Shown: positions 9,012 to 17,763, numbered from the stretch's first letter. The stretch: 32,974 nt of DNA from an uncultured Desulfobacteraceae bacterium (GCA_964443285.1 CAYUCJ010000001.1:1-32974); one strand, 5' to 3'. Notes: a model not told the origin generated them from the letters alone. Translations and numbers: made by a program.

Positions 9012-10271
9012 CTAAAGGCGCCGTCCAAAGGCGCGGCGCGCAAGGCTCCGATCTCTCGGCCTGAAAGTGTTGTCCGCCGCCTCCTTTCTGAGGACTTGTT
9101 GGAAAAGCTTGTACATCTTGATCTCTTGGGGCTCATCTTGGTAAAAGGCGTCCCAGGCGTATTGGAGCAATTGCTGTAGTCTCTCCGGAGACATGTGCTT
9201 CGGATAAAAAACAACCTTATCGGCGGAATAATCATCCCAGTCGAATGAAAAGATCCTGTCCTGCCGATTCAGGTCGTCGAAGGCCTTGGTTTGAGGGAAG
9301 GGCGTCAACACTGTAAACTCTGCAAGGTCCAGTTCGATCTCGAGCAGGAAATCGATCAGCCGCTTGATGCCGTCTTCCGTATGGCGGTCGAGTCCAAGAA
9401 GAATCGTGCCCTCCACCGAAATGCCATAGTCGTGGTACCTTTTGATCCTGTCCCGAATATAATCCGAGGTGTCGAAGACCGCCTGATACACATACCAGGC
9501 CCCGGCGCGCGCAGCTAAGTCGAGCACCTCCGGCTTGTCCTCGATGGGATGGCTGCACCACTTTTTCTTTAATGGAATCATCTCCTTGAACAACTCCATT
9601 TCCCATTGAGTATCTTGGGCAAGGGAATTGTCCACGATGAACAATCGGTTGTTATCGATGCTGGCCATCTCTTCGACGGCCTTGGGGACGGGACGCGGCC
9701 TGAACTCTCTCCCCCCCAGATAGGCCACCGCACAAGGATAGCAGTGATAACGGCACCCGCGAGAGGCGTGAACCAGGTCGACCATCTGGATGCCTTTGTA
9801 GTTGTAAAGGTCGCGTTTCAGAATGTCCCTTCGAGCGGTACCTACAGTCTCGATCGGCGGTTTGTCGTCGAGGTGGTTGTAAACCTTTTGCAACCGGTCT
9901 TTCCTGAAGTCCGCAAAGACCCTCTCCATCTTTCCTTCGGCCTCGCCAATGAAGACGGAGTCCGCATGCCTCATGGTTTCCTCGGCGTGGAGCATCGCGG
10001 CTATGCCGCCGCAGATCACCTTGACGCCCTTTTGCCGGTAGGCTTCTGCGATCTCCCACCCCCTCTTGACCTGAAGGGTCAGCATCATGGATATGCCGAC
10101 AAAATCAACCGAGGCGTTAAAATCGAGCTCCTCCAGGTTCTCGTCGACGAACGACACTTCGACGTCGTGCGGCAGGGATGCGGCGAAGACGGCCGGCCCG
10201 TGAGGTGGCAGGTGAAATTCGGTTTGTCTCTTCAGTTTCGGCCATCGCGGATATATCAGTTTGAACTTCAT
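9012..10271 (-). CDS. Class B (cobalamin-binding domain) radical SAM enzyme, rSAM-2
   Basis: 419 aa. The B12-domain-like N-terminus is FVGISMMLTLQVKRGWEIAEAYRQKGVKVICGG. The CX3CX2C motif is ASRGCRYHCYPCAV. It is convergent with rSAM-1, with stop codons 8 bp apart. Confidence 0.9.
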   Translation of the reverse strand: MKFKLIYPRWPKLKRQTEFHLPPHGPAVFAASLPHDVEVSFVDENLEELDFNASVDFVGISMMLTLQVKRGWEIAEAYRQKGVKVICGGIAAMLHAEETMRHADSVFIGEAEGKMERVFADFRKDRLQKVYNHLDDKPPIETVGTARRDILKRDLYNYKGIQMVDLVHASRGCRYHCYPCAVAYLGGREFRPRPVPKAVEEMASIDNNRLFIVDNSLAQDTQWEMELFKEMIPLKKKWCSHPIEDKPEVLDLAARAGAWYVYQAVFDTSDYIRDRIKRYHDYGISVEGTILLGLDRHTEDGIKRLIDFLLEIELDLAEFTVLTPFPQTKAFDDLNRQDRIFSFDWDDYSADKVVFYPKHMSPERLQQLLQYAWDAFYQDEPQEIKMYKLFQQVLRKEAADNTFRPRDRSLARRAFGRRL

Positions 10272-10286
10272 GGTCTAACCTTTGTG

Positions 10287-10325
10287 GGGTAGTCATACTA
10301 CCCTGCAGTCCCGCCCGTGGCGGGA
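10287..10325. other. Two adjacent short stem-loops in the 79-bp spacer between the lipoprotein gene and rSAM-2
   Basis: Hairpin 1: GGGTAGT (10287..10293), loop CAT, ACTACCC (10297..10303). Hairpin 2: TCCCGCC (10309..10315), loop CGT, GGCGGGA (10319..10325). Both have 7-bp perfect stems. There is no U-tract on the minus-strand transcript, so they are not classical terminators. Confidence 0.3.
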
Positions 10326-10350
10326 GGGGAAAAGGGCCTCTTCGTAAAAG

Positions 10351-11022
10351 CTAATCTCTTATCCGAACGGCTTCTATCAGGTTCATGATCAGTTTGTAGC
10401 TCTGAGGGCCATGCGCGGAGAGCTCGATTTTTTTTGGGACCCCTGCGTTGCCTTCGGCGTCTTTCCCAGACGTAATCTTCACGGTTCGGAGCAGGCGATC
10501 ATCTTGCGCGTATTGTCTGATTTCCCAGTGTCCGCCGTGTCTGCAAAGCACGTCTTCGAATCCTCCATCGGCTTCTCGATGCCTGCAGATCGAGGTCCCG
10601 TTCTTTAGAAACCCTGACTCGACGGCTGCCCCCTCAGGCCTAAGGAAGATGAGACGAATGTCCTTTACGAGACCCTCCGCGAACGCTCGTGAATCGAAAG
10701 GGGCAAAGGCCCGGTTGACTGTGAGCCTCCGGCGGTAGGTTGCATCGAAGACCACCAGACCCTCAAGGGTCATGATGACGCAGTGAAAAGATCGGTCCGC
10801 AGAAGAAATCACCGCGATACCGATGACAAAAACCTTTTTCCCGTCAGGCATGACGTCTTCGATCGAATGTACGAACTGCCATTTGCCCTTCGGAAAATGA
10901 TTTAGACAGGTTTGACGGATCCGTGTTGCGGCGAGCCTCCCTGCCGGACCCACTCGCGGGAGGTTGCTGCACGAAGTGAGAAGGGCGACGACCGCCAGCA
11001 GTGGAAGGAGGCGTCTCATCAC
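10351..11022 (-). CDS. Lipoprotein of unknown function, cluster-associated
   Basis: 223 aa with a signal peptide and lipobox (MMRRLLPLLAVVALLTSC). The start overlaps the LolA-like stop (GTGA, or TGATG if ATG 11019 is used). Its size and its position beside the LolA-like gene recall the uncharacterised lipoprotein of aryl-polyene-type clusters. That link is an inference, not verified. Confidence 0.65.
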   Translation of the reverse strand: MMRRLLPLLAVVALLTSCSNLPRVGPAGRLAATRIRQTCLNHFPKGKWQFVHSIEDVMPDGKKVFVIGIAVISSADRSFHCVIMTLEGLVVFDATYRRRLTVNRAFAPFDSRAFAEGLVKDIRLIFLRPEGAAVESGFLKNGTSICRHREADGGFEDVLCRHGGHWEIRQYAQDDRLLRTVKITSGKDAEGNAGVPKKIELSAHGPQSYKLIMNLIEAVRIRD

Positions 11023-11636
11023 GGTTGCCGGAATAAAATATCATCGATCGGTTGATTAATTGTCACCCTATCGAACACGATCTTCGTGAAGGAGTCTCGG
11101 TCTTCGAAGATGGTCACGGATTTTATCACGCTGGTGCCATCGGAAAGGACGATTTCGATTCGCTGAATCAAGGCGGCAAGGGATTGCTCTTTCGGCACGA
11201 GCACGATCTTTCGGCCATGCTCCAAGGTCGATGTAAGAGCAGGATTCTCATCGAAGTGTCCTTTCAGCCAGTTGGTGATTTCCTGCACAACCATCTGCAT
11301 GGACGGTAGATTTGCCGAAGCGTCTGCGACAAGATTGCCATTTCTCAGAACATAGCGCTTCGTTTTGCCGTTCTGTGTCAACAGGATGCTTCGAACGGGG
11401 TATCTATATTCCCATCGAAGCGAGTCGGGAGTCCTAAAACAAAAGATCCCTCCCGAAACCAGGGGACTGGAAAGAATTTTCATGTGCCTATACTGGGTAA
11501 ATTCGCCACGCACAGAAGTAATTCTTCCAGCAGAAATTTTTATATCGTTCCAGGTATCCGCCCGAACGCTACTTGAATAGGTTGCCACGAAAATCATGAC
11601 ACATGCGAACACGAATGCAGATGTTGTTTTCTCCAT
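11019..11636 (-). CDS. LolA-like outer-membrane lipoprotein/lipid carrier protein
   Basis: 205 aa with a signal peptide (FVFACVMIFVATYSSSVRA). The blocks GEFTQYRHMKILSSPLVSGGIFCFRTPDSLRWEYRYP fit the LolA-fold family (FxQ ... SxG ... P ... RWEY). Confidence 0.75.
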   Translation of the reverse strand: MEKTTSAFVFACVMIFVATYSSSVRADTWNDIKISAGRITSVRGEFTQYRHMKILSSPLVSGGIFCFRTPDSLRWEYRYPVRSILLTQNGKTKRYVLRNGNLVADASANLPSMQMVVQEITNWLKGHFDENPALTSTLEHGRKIVLVPKEQSLAALIQRIEIVLSDGTSVIKSVTIFEDRDSFTKIVFDRVTINQPIDDILFRQP

Positions 11637-11756
11637 TTCTCAGACAGCCTCTATGAGAAATTTAGCAGTGTCTACCATCAACATAGAGTAGGAAAAGGAC
11701 TAGTCCCCGATCTGGTTGCTAGCAGCTTTTTTGAGCGAGGAATCCAATTTCGTGAG

Positions 11757-12494
11757 TTAAAACATTCCTCCGTTTACAGATAATACTTGACCGGTAATAT
11801 AGGATGCATCGTCGGAACAGAGGAATCTTACAACCTTAGCTACTTCCTCCGGCTTGCCGACCCTCGCCATCGGGATGACAGCCTTAATATTTTCCACCGG
11901 TGCCTCCTTTATCATATCTGTCTCTATGAGACCCGGTGCCACCACATTCACTCGGATCCCCAATCTGGCCACTTCGGATGCAACGGCTCTACTGGCGCCG
12001 ATCAGTCCCGCTTTCGCTGCTGAGTAATTCGCTTGACCTCTATTTGCGACCAAAGCGGCGATAGAAGAAATCGATACGATGGCTCCACGTTTTTGAAAGA
12101 TCATTTTTTCGAGGAGAGGTCTGGTTACGTTGTAGAATCCGCAGAGGCTTGTATTGATCACCGTTTCCCAGTCTTCACGGGGCATCATGACAAACAAGCC
12201 GTCAGAGTGAATGCCAGCGTTATTTACCAGAACATCGACCGACTCGAAGCTTTCAATGATCTCGTCAACGGCCTTTTGGGTCTCATCCCGACTCGAAACA
12301 TCAAATTTCATGATCTTGCCTTTGGAGCCCTGGTGTCTTAATGCCTCGAGGGTTTCAGTTGCTCCCTGCTTATCCGACCTGTAGTTGACTACGACATAGT
12401 ATCCGGATTTTGCCAGTTCGACGCAGATGGCCCGTCCGATTCCTCTACTGCCGCCGGTCACTACCGCAACTTTACCAACAGATTCTCCAATCAC
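11757..12494 (-). CDS. fabG: 3-oxoacyl-ACP reductase (SDR, FabG-like)
   Basis: 245 aa, GTG start. Motifs: VVTGGSRGIGRAI (TGxxxGxG), NNAG, and the Ser...YSAAK (YxxxK) catalytic set. Confidence 0.92.
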   Translation of the reverse strand: MIGESVGKVAVVTGGSRGIGRAICVELAKSGYYVVVNYRSDKQGATETLEALRHQGSKGKIMKFDVSSRDETQKAVDEIIESFESVDVLVNNAGIHSDGLFVMMPREDWETVINTSLCGFYNVTRPLLEKMIFQKRGAIVSISSIAALVANRGQANYSAAKAGLIGASRAVASEVARLGIRVNVVAPGLIETDMIKEAPVENIKAVIPMARVGKPEEVAKVVRFLCSDDASYITGQVLSVNGGMF

Positions 12495-12515
12495 TTGCGC
12501 ATCCTTTCCGAGAAG

Positions 12516-12956
12516 TTATAAACTGTCTGAACCAACCTGAACCAACTGCAATGTAATTTCCCCAACAATCTTCGAGTGGATATGGACTGTTCCCGCAATC
12601 TCTCTGAAGTTATCAAATTTGAATATATTTTTGCTCATGGTAATGATGCGCGTGTTTAATGGAATGACGTCAACAAAGAAATGAGACTGCTTGATGCCGA
12701 CCAACCATCCCTTTCTTACGAATTCCTCACCCTGTGTTCGTATGCCGTGCCAGCAATTACAGATCCCGGCTGTTTGAGCGACAATTTCGATCAGTATAAG
12801 TGCATTTACTGCTTTTCCGTCAAACAAAGGCCAATTAGAGGAAACATTCGAAAGTGTGGTAGCCTTCTCTTCATCCACTTCAATAATTTCTTCGACAAGC
12901 TTCATTCTGCCTCGATGGGGCAGAAGGTCTTCAACAGGTATGTTAGCCCTGTTCAC
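12516..12956 (-). CDS. Single-hotdog 3-hydroxyacyl-ACP dehydratase (FabA/FabZ-like)
   Basis: 146 aa, GTG start. The N-terminus LLPHRGRMKLVEEI matches the LPHRxPxLLxD-type start of FabZ/FabA-like dehydratases. It is the first gene of the minus-strand operon. Confidence 0.7.
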   Translation of the reverse strand: MNRANIPVEDLLPHRGRMKLVEEIIEVDEEKATTLSNVSSNWPLFDGKAVNALILIEIVAQTAGICNCWHGIRTQGEEFVRKGWLVGIKQSHFFVDVIPLNTRIITMSKNIFKFDNFREIAGTVHIHSKIVGEITLQLVQVGSDSL

Positions 12957-13014
12957 GCTGATCGGTCCTTTTCAATGGTAACATATTGAACATAAAACAG
13001 AAAATACTACAAGC

Positions 13015-13043
13015 TTGACGACAAACGCAGCATAGTATACATT
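13015..13043 (+). promoter_or_regulatory. Candidate promoter in the 214-bp divergent region between the minus operon (12956<-) and the plus operon (->13171)
   Basis: TTGACG (13015..13020) is followed 15-17 nt later by TATACA/TACATT (13036..13043). The -10 element is imperfect. Pattern match only. Confidence 0.25.
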
Positions 13044-13170
13044 ACCTCCCCTGTAGGTTAAAGAAATAAATATGAACATGTCCAACTTTTCAGGCGTCCG
13101 GCACCCAACCGAAAGGGTTCTGGAAGGTTCTCCCCCGCAACACACCTAGGTAATGATTTCGGGAAACAAA

Positions 13171-13437
13171 ATGGAAAATCTAATCAATGAGCTCAAAGTC
13201 AAGATCATCGATTTGTTGAATTTGACTGATCTGAACCCGGATGACATTGGTGCCGACGATCAGTTGGTCGGCACAGAGCTTGCGATCGACTCCATTGATG
13301 TGCTCGAAATGGTGATCATGATAGAAAAGGACTATGGCATCAAGATCGAAAGTCGTGAACTCGGAGTCAGAATCTTTGCAACCCTGAGGTCCTTGGCTGA
13401 ATATATTCATGAAAATTGCCGGGAGCTGCCCAATTGA
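13171..13437 (+). CDS. Acyl carrier protein (cluster-specific ACP 2)
   Basis: The ORF-track frame starts at 13153. ATG 13171 is preferred because GGGA lies 6 nt upstream. The attachment motif is LAIDSIDVLEMV. Confidence 0.85.
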   Translation: MENLINELKVKIIDLLNLTDLNPDDIGADDQLVGTELAIDSIDVLEMVIMIEKDYGIKIESRELGVRIFATLRSLAEYIHENCRELPN

Positions 13438-15593
13438 CGGGAACTCGGGCTTACATTTCAGGCATGGGGGTGATCAGTTCCCTCGGTTCTGGAATTTTGG
13501 AGACGACAGACGCAATTCGAAAGGATTTGAACGGTCTCAGACCTCTGACTCTTTTCCCCTCAACACCGAATTATCCTGTCGGTGAAGTCTCCGGACCGAT
13601 TCAAACAGATTCCCTCCCACGAACCCACCTTCTCGCCCGTCTAGCAGCTGATCAGGCAATGAGCGAATCGGACGAAGCGCCTGATGCGGTCGTCCTTGGA
13701 ATAACAACCGGCGGAATGTCGACAACCGAAAACCTTTTGGAAAAGAAGAAGGATGATCCAGGATTATTTTGCTATCATGCCGCTGCATCGGTTGCAGAAG
13801 ACCTCGCAATACGATACCTATGTACAGGGCCTGTGATTACTGTTTCCACTGCCTGTTCCTCCGGAGCTGTCGCCATAAAACTTGCCTTGGAAATGCTACG
13901 GGCCCGCCTCGCCGAAAGAGTTCTTGCTGGAGGGGCGGATGCGTTGTGCCGTTTGACCTATTTCGGATTCAAATCCCTGCAGCTCATCGACCCCATCGGT
14001 TGCCGTCCCCTGGATAGGGACCGGCGCGGGATGTCCATGGCCGAAGGTGCGGCTATGCTGCTGCTGACCAACCGACCTGATAGGGCAGTGGCAGAGGTCC
14101 TCGGAGCAGGATTATCATGTGATGCTTATCATCTTGTGAAACCGGATCCCCAGGGTAGGGGTGCCTTGGCTGCCATGCACGCGGCCATACTGGATGCAGG
14201 GATTTCGGCGTCGGATATCGACTATATTAACCTTCATGGTACCGGTACACCGGACAACGATTGTTCCGAGGCCGAGGCAATAAATACCCTATTTCCCGAT
14301 CAGAAACCCCTATTGTCGTCCGTAAAAGGAGCCTTTGGGCATTCTTTGGCCGCTGCGGGAGCCATTGAAGCAGTGATTTCAGCCATCAGCGTTTCCAGGG
14401 ACCTCGTTCCCGGCAATGAAGGGTGCCAATTTCCCGACGCCGATCTAAAATTAGACCCGGTTATGAAACCGACCGATTTCCCCGTTGATTGCGTGCTGTC
14501 GAATTCTTTTGGTTTTGGGGGAAACAACGCTTCTGTTATCATCGGTGCCCCTGGAAGGTCCCGCTGTTACGCCCCTTCCTCAAAAACGGAGCCTCTAGCG
14601 ATCCTCGGATACGCCTGCCTAACAGGAGCGGGAGATACGGAGGCTACGATGGCAAGAATATCCATGGGAAGCTCCTGCAAAGGGGTATTGTCCCTTCAGC
14701 GGATATCAAAAAATCTTCCGTCTCGAATCGTTCGCCGCCTAAAGCGCTTGCCTCGGATATCTCTTTCCCTAGCGATAGCGGCCCTTGAAAAGTCAGGCCG
14801 GACCATTCCACCCTCCTCAGTTTTCATGGGCACAGGTTGGGGTGCTCTCTCTGAGACTCATGATTTTCTGACACGCCTTTTCGAAACCGGCGGGCAGTTC
14901 CCGAGCCCTACAGACTTCGTAGGGTCGGTTCATAATGCTTCCGCCGGCCAAGTCGCTTTACATTTTCAGTCCACCGATGCCAATGTCACCACCACCGGAG
15001 GTGACTACTCTTTTGAACAGGCTCTCTTGGCCGCTCAGCTCCTTGCCAGGGACGGCAATAACAGTTCTTTTGTAATCGGGGCGGACGAATCCCATTCGGT
15101 ATTGTCCAAGTATTTCGACGATTCCGTCTTGACTGATGAGATCCTTTCCGATGGGGGCGGTGCTTTTTGCCTGTCGAATGGGGATAGCGAATCAGGTTTA
15201 TACATCCATCTCAGTTTTTACGAAAACGTACAGAACAATCCGGAAGTGGTGGCATCCCTCGTGTCACGTTTGGGTGGTCCGGCTCAGATACAAACTACAT
15301 ATGGAGTACTTCTGACGGGGATTCCCGGGGGTTGTCGGCGAGAAAGTGAAAAACAGTTCCGGCAATTCCTTTCTCTATCAGGCTTAAAAAGCCCTGTGAT
15401 TGATTACCGTAAACTAACTGGTGAATTTGCCTCCTCGTCAGCGGTTGCGGCCGTACTGGCGGCCGGATTCATGGAGAAAGGAGTGATTCCCGTCTCGCTC
15501 TGTAGCAACCGTTCAGCTCTCCTCGACGGGAAACGCGCCCTAGTCTTGGGGCTGGGCAAATTTGTCACGGCCTTGGAACTGTTGAGAAGATGA
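13434..15593 (+). CDS. Fused beta-ketoacyl synthase (KS-2) and Cys-less KS-like/chain-length-factor-like domain
   Basis: The ORF-track frame starts at 13416. TTG 13434 is preferred (TTGA overlap with the ACP stop, GGGAG 8 nt upstream). The N-terminal half carries VSTACSSGAV (Cys), NLHGTGTPDND (His), FGHSLAAAGAIE (His) and NSFGFGGNNASV. The C-terminal half (from about LAILGYACLTGAGD) repeats the KS fold start, but TTTGGDYSFEQAL stands where the active-site Cys motif should be, and no His-His pair is recognisable. Confidence 0.85.
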   Translation: MTGTRAYISGMGVISSLGSGILETTDAIRKDLNGLRPLTLFPSTPNYPVGEVSGPIQTDSLPRTHLLARLAADQAMSESDEAPDAVVLGITTGGMSTTENLLEKKKDDPGLFCYHAAASVAEDLAIRYLCTGPVITVSTACSSGAVAIKLALEMLRARLAERVLAGGADALCRLTYFGFKSLQLIDPIGCRPLDRDRRGMSMAEGAAMLLLTNRPDRAVAEVLGAGLSCDAYHLVKPDPQGRGALAAMHAAILDAGISASDIDYINLHGTGTPDNDCSEAEAINTLFPDQKPLLSSVKGAFGHSLAAAGAIEAVISAISVSRDLVPGNEGCQFPDADLKLDPVMKPTDFPVDCVLSNSFGFGGNNASVIIGAPGRSRCYAPSSKTEPLAILGYACLTGAGDTEATMARISMGSSCKGVLSLQRISKNLPSRIVRRLKRLPRISLSLAIAALEKSGRTIPPSSVFMGTGWGALSETHDFLTRLFETGGQFPSPTDFVGSVHNASAGQVALHFQSTDANVTTTGGDYSFEQALLAAQLLARDGNNSSFVIGADESHSVLSKYFDDSVLTDEILSDGGGAFCLSNGDSESGLYIHLSFYENVQNNPEVVASLVSRLGGPAQIQTTYGVLLTGIPGGCRRESEKQFRQFLSLSGLKSPVIDYRKLTGEFASSSAVAAVLAAGFMEKGVIPVSLCSNRSALLDGKRALVLGLGKFVTALELLRR

Positions 15594-16939
15594 AAATCCT
15601 GCTGGTCTCAGCCAACACTCTGAAGGAACCCTACCCTGTTTATCCGCTTGGCCTGGATTATGTGGCAGCGGCTGTCTCCGTCCATCACGACGTTCAGATC
15701 GCCGACATGAATGCCTTAGAAAGCTATGAACTGCTTCGAGAAACCATTGGAGAGTTCTCGCCCGATGTGGTGGGCATTTCACTGCGGAACATAGATAATA
15801 CCGACGTCTCCGATCCAATGGGGTTTGCCGAATCCTACCACGAACTTGTTGAGACGATTCGGGATTGTTCCGATGCGATACTTGTCTTAGGGGGAAGCGG
15901 TTTTACCATTTACCCTGATACGTTCATGAACGCCCTCAAAGCGGATTACGGCATTGTTGGGGAGGGGGAGCGTTTGGTCCTGCTCCTTGACGCGATCGAA
16001 AACCACCAAGATGCGGCGGTGATTCCAGGAGTGGTAACGCCCGGTCTTAGCAAACCCTTTCCGGGACCGTGGAAAGGAACTTTTTTTCGGGACTTTCGCG
16101 GAGACCGACCTCATGTAGAGTTTTACCTTAAAAGAGGCGGTATGTTGAACCTCCAAACCAAGCGTGGATGCGGCTACCGATGCATTTATTGCACTTATCC
16201 TCACATCGAAGGCCCTGTCCAGCGGTTCGTTTCCCCGGAAGAGGCGGCGGGTAGCGCGATTCAGCTGCAAGCGGCTGGAGCGAAATATCTTTTCGTTACG
16301 GATTCAGCTTTCAATTCTGACGTTGCCCACAGCCTAGATGTTGCCCGTGCCTTTGTAGAAGCGGGTGTGTCCATACCGTGGGGGGCGTATTTCACTCCTG
16401 CTGAGCCTCCCCCAAATTACTTCCGGATAATGGCAGATGCGGGGTTGATCCATGTGGAATTCGGCACAGAGTCCCTTTCCGACCGGGTGCTCGCATCATA
16501 TCGGAAACCTTTCAGGTCCCGAGACATCTTCGAAGCGCATCGGAGCGCCATTGACGCCGGGTTGCATGTAGCCCATTTCTTCCTGTTGGGGGGACCCGGC
16601 GAGACTTCGGACACCCTGGACGAGACCCTGGGGCGCCTTGACGGGCTTGAGAAGTCCGCTCTCTTTTTTTTCTGCGGCATGCGCATTTACCCGAATACGA
16701 AGCTGTTCGAGATGGCGGTCAATGAGGGGCAGACAGCGAAAAGCGAAAGCGTCATGGCGCCCCTATTTTACCGCTCGGCATTCATCGAAACCGCTGAGAT
16801 CCTTCGCCGCCTGAAAGAACGCGGGGAAGACCGCCTCAACTGGATCATCGGGTCGGGCGGCCGAAAGATGGCAAAGGTGATCGAGAGACTGCATGAACGC
16901 GGCCATACAGGTCCCCTTTGGGAATATCTCGTCAGATGA
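15590..16939 (+). CDS. Class B (cobalamin-binding domain) radical SAM enzyme, rSAM-3
   Basis: 449 aa. ATGA overlap with the KS-CLF stop. The B12-domain-like N-terminus is VVGISLRNID...AILVLGGSGFT. The CX3CX2C motif is TKRGCGYRCIYCTY. Confidence 0.9.
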   Translation: MKILLVSANTLKEPYPVYPLGLDYVAAAVSVHHDVQIADMNALESYELLRETIGEFSPDVVGISLRNIDNTDVSDPMGFAESYHELVETIRDCSDAILVLGGSGFTIYPDTFMNALKADYGIVGEGERLVLLLDAIENHQDAAVIPGVVTPGLSKPFPGPWKGTFFRDFRGDRPHVEFYLKRGGMLNLQTKRGCGYRCIYCTYPHIEGPVQRFVSPEEAAGSAIQLQAAGAKYLFVTDSAFNSDVAHSLDVARAFVEAGVSIPWGAYFTPAEPPPNYFRIMADAGLIHVEFGTESLSDRVLASYRKPFRSRDIFEAHRSAIDAGLHVAHFFLLGGPGETSDTLDETLGRLDGLEKSALFFFCGMRIYPNTKLFEMAVNEGQTAKSESVMAPLFYRSAFIETAEILRRLKERGEDRLNWIIGSGGRKMAKVIERLHERGHTGPLWEYLVR

Positions 16940-16985
16940 CAGTGTTGCGTGAAGGACCCTCTGATGTGATCGTAGATGGGAGTTC

Positions 16986-17345
16986 GTGGTCATGTGGTAC
17001 GAGGTAGAAGATTTTGGACAATCCGACGCTTGTGTGCTATTCGCAGAAGTTATCGTGCCGGCAGATTCACCCTGGTTCTGTGGCCATTTCCCGGGCGAAC
17101 CGATTCTTCCGGGGATCGCAGAACTGGGAATGGTCTTTGACACCATCGCTAGAGCTTGTGGTGGGAAGACGGCGATCAAGAGCATCAGCCGAGTAAAGTT
17201 CAAACAGACCGTCAGGCCCGACGATCGCTTGAAGATCTTTGCAGTCCCCAAAAAAGGGGACGGTGACGCTTATGACTTTCGCATCATGCGTGAGGAAGAA
17301 GTGGTCTGCAGCGGAGTGATGACGTGTCGAGGATCGCGGGGATGA
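16986..17345 (+). CDS. FabZ-like single-hotdog 3-hydroxyacyl-ACP dehydratase
   Basis: 119 aa from GTG 16986; an alternative ATG lies at 16992. WFCGHFPGEPILPGIAELGMV matches the FabZ catalytic block (F.GHFP..P..PG.L..E). Confidence 0.8.
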   Translation: MVMWYEVEDFGQSDACVLFAEVIVPADSPWFCGHFPGEPILPGIAELGMVFDTIARACGGKTAIKSISRVKFKQTVRPDDRLKIFAVPKKGDGDAYDFRIMREEEVVCSGVMTCRGSRG

Positions 17346-17462
17346 CGAAACGAATGGCGGATGATCGGATACAGGGTCGGGGGGTACCCGTCGAGAGGTT
17401 TTTATTAGAGGTCGGTTGCCGGAAGGCGAGGAGCTATTAATCCAGAGCAAGGGAGAGTAAAG

Positions 17463-17750
17463 ATGTCCACCAAAATGAACGTTGAGCAATTAATCCTACG
17501 TGTCGCGGAAATCATCATCCAAGAGCTCAAGCTGGAAGATGTTACGCCGGAAACGTTCAATCCCGAGATCGATTTAGTAGACGAAGTGGGAGTCGACAGC
17601 ATGGATCTGGCCACCGTGGCTTTGGTCTTGCAGGATGAATATGCGATTCGGATCGATGAAGACGACTATCCAAGACTGGCGAACGTCCGCCTCATCGCTG
17701 AATACATCCTTCAAAAGCAAAACGAAGGGACTGAGAAATCAGCTGCTTAG
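17463..17750 (+). CDS. Acyl carrier protein (cluster-specific ACP 3)
   Basis: 95 aa with a strong SD (AAGGGAGAG). The attachment motif is VGVDSMDLATV. Confidence 0.85.
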   Translation: MSTKMNVEQLILRVAEIIIQELKLEDVTPETFNPEIDLVDEVGVDSMDLATVALVLQDEYAIRIDEDDYPRLANVRLIAEYILQKQNEGTEKSAA

Positions 17751-17763
17751 ATTGGAGAAGACC

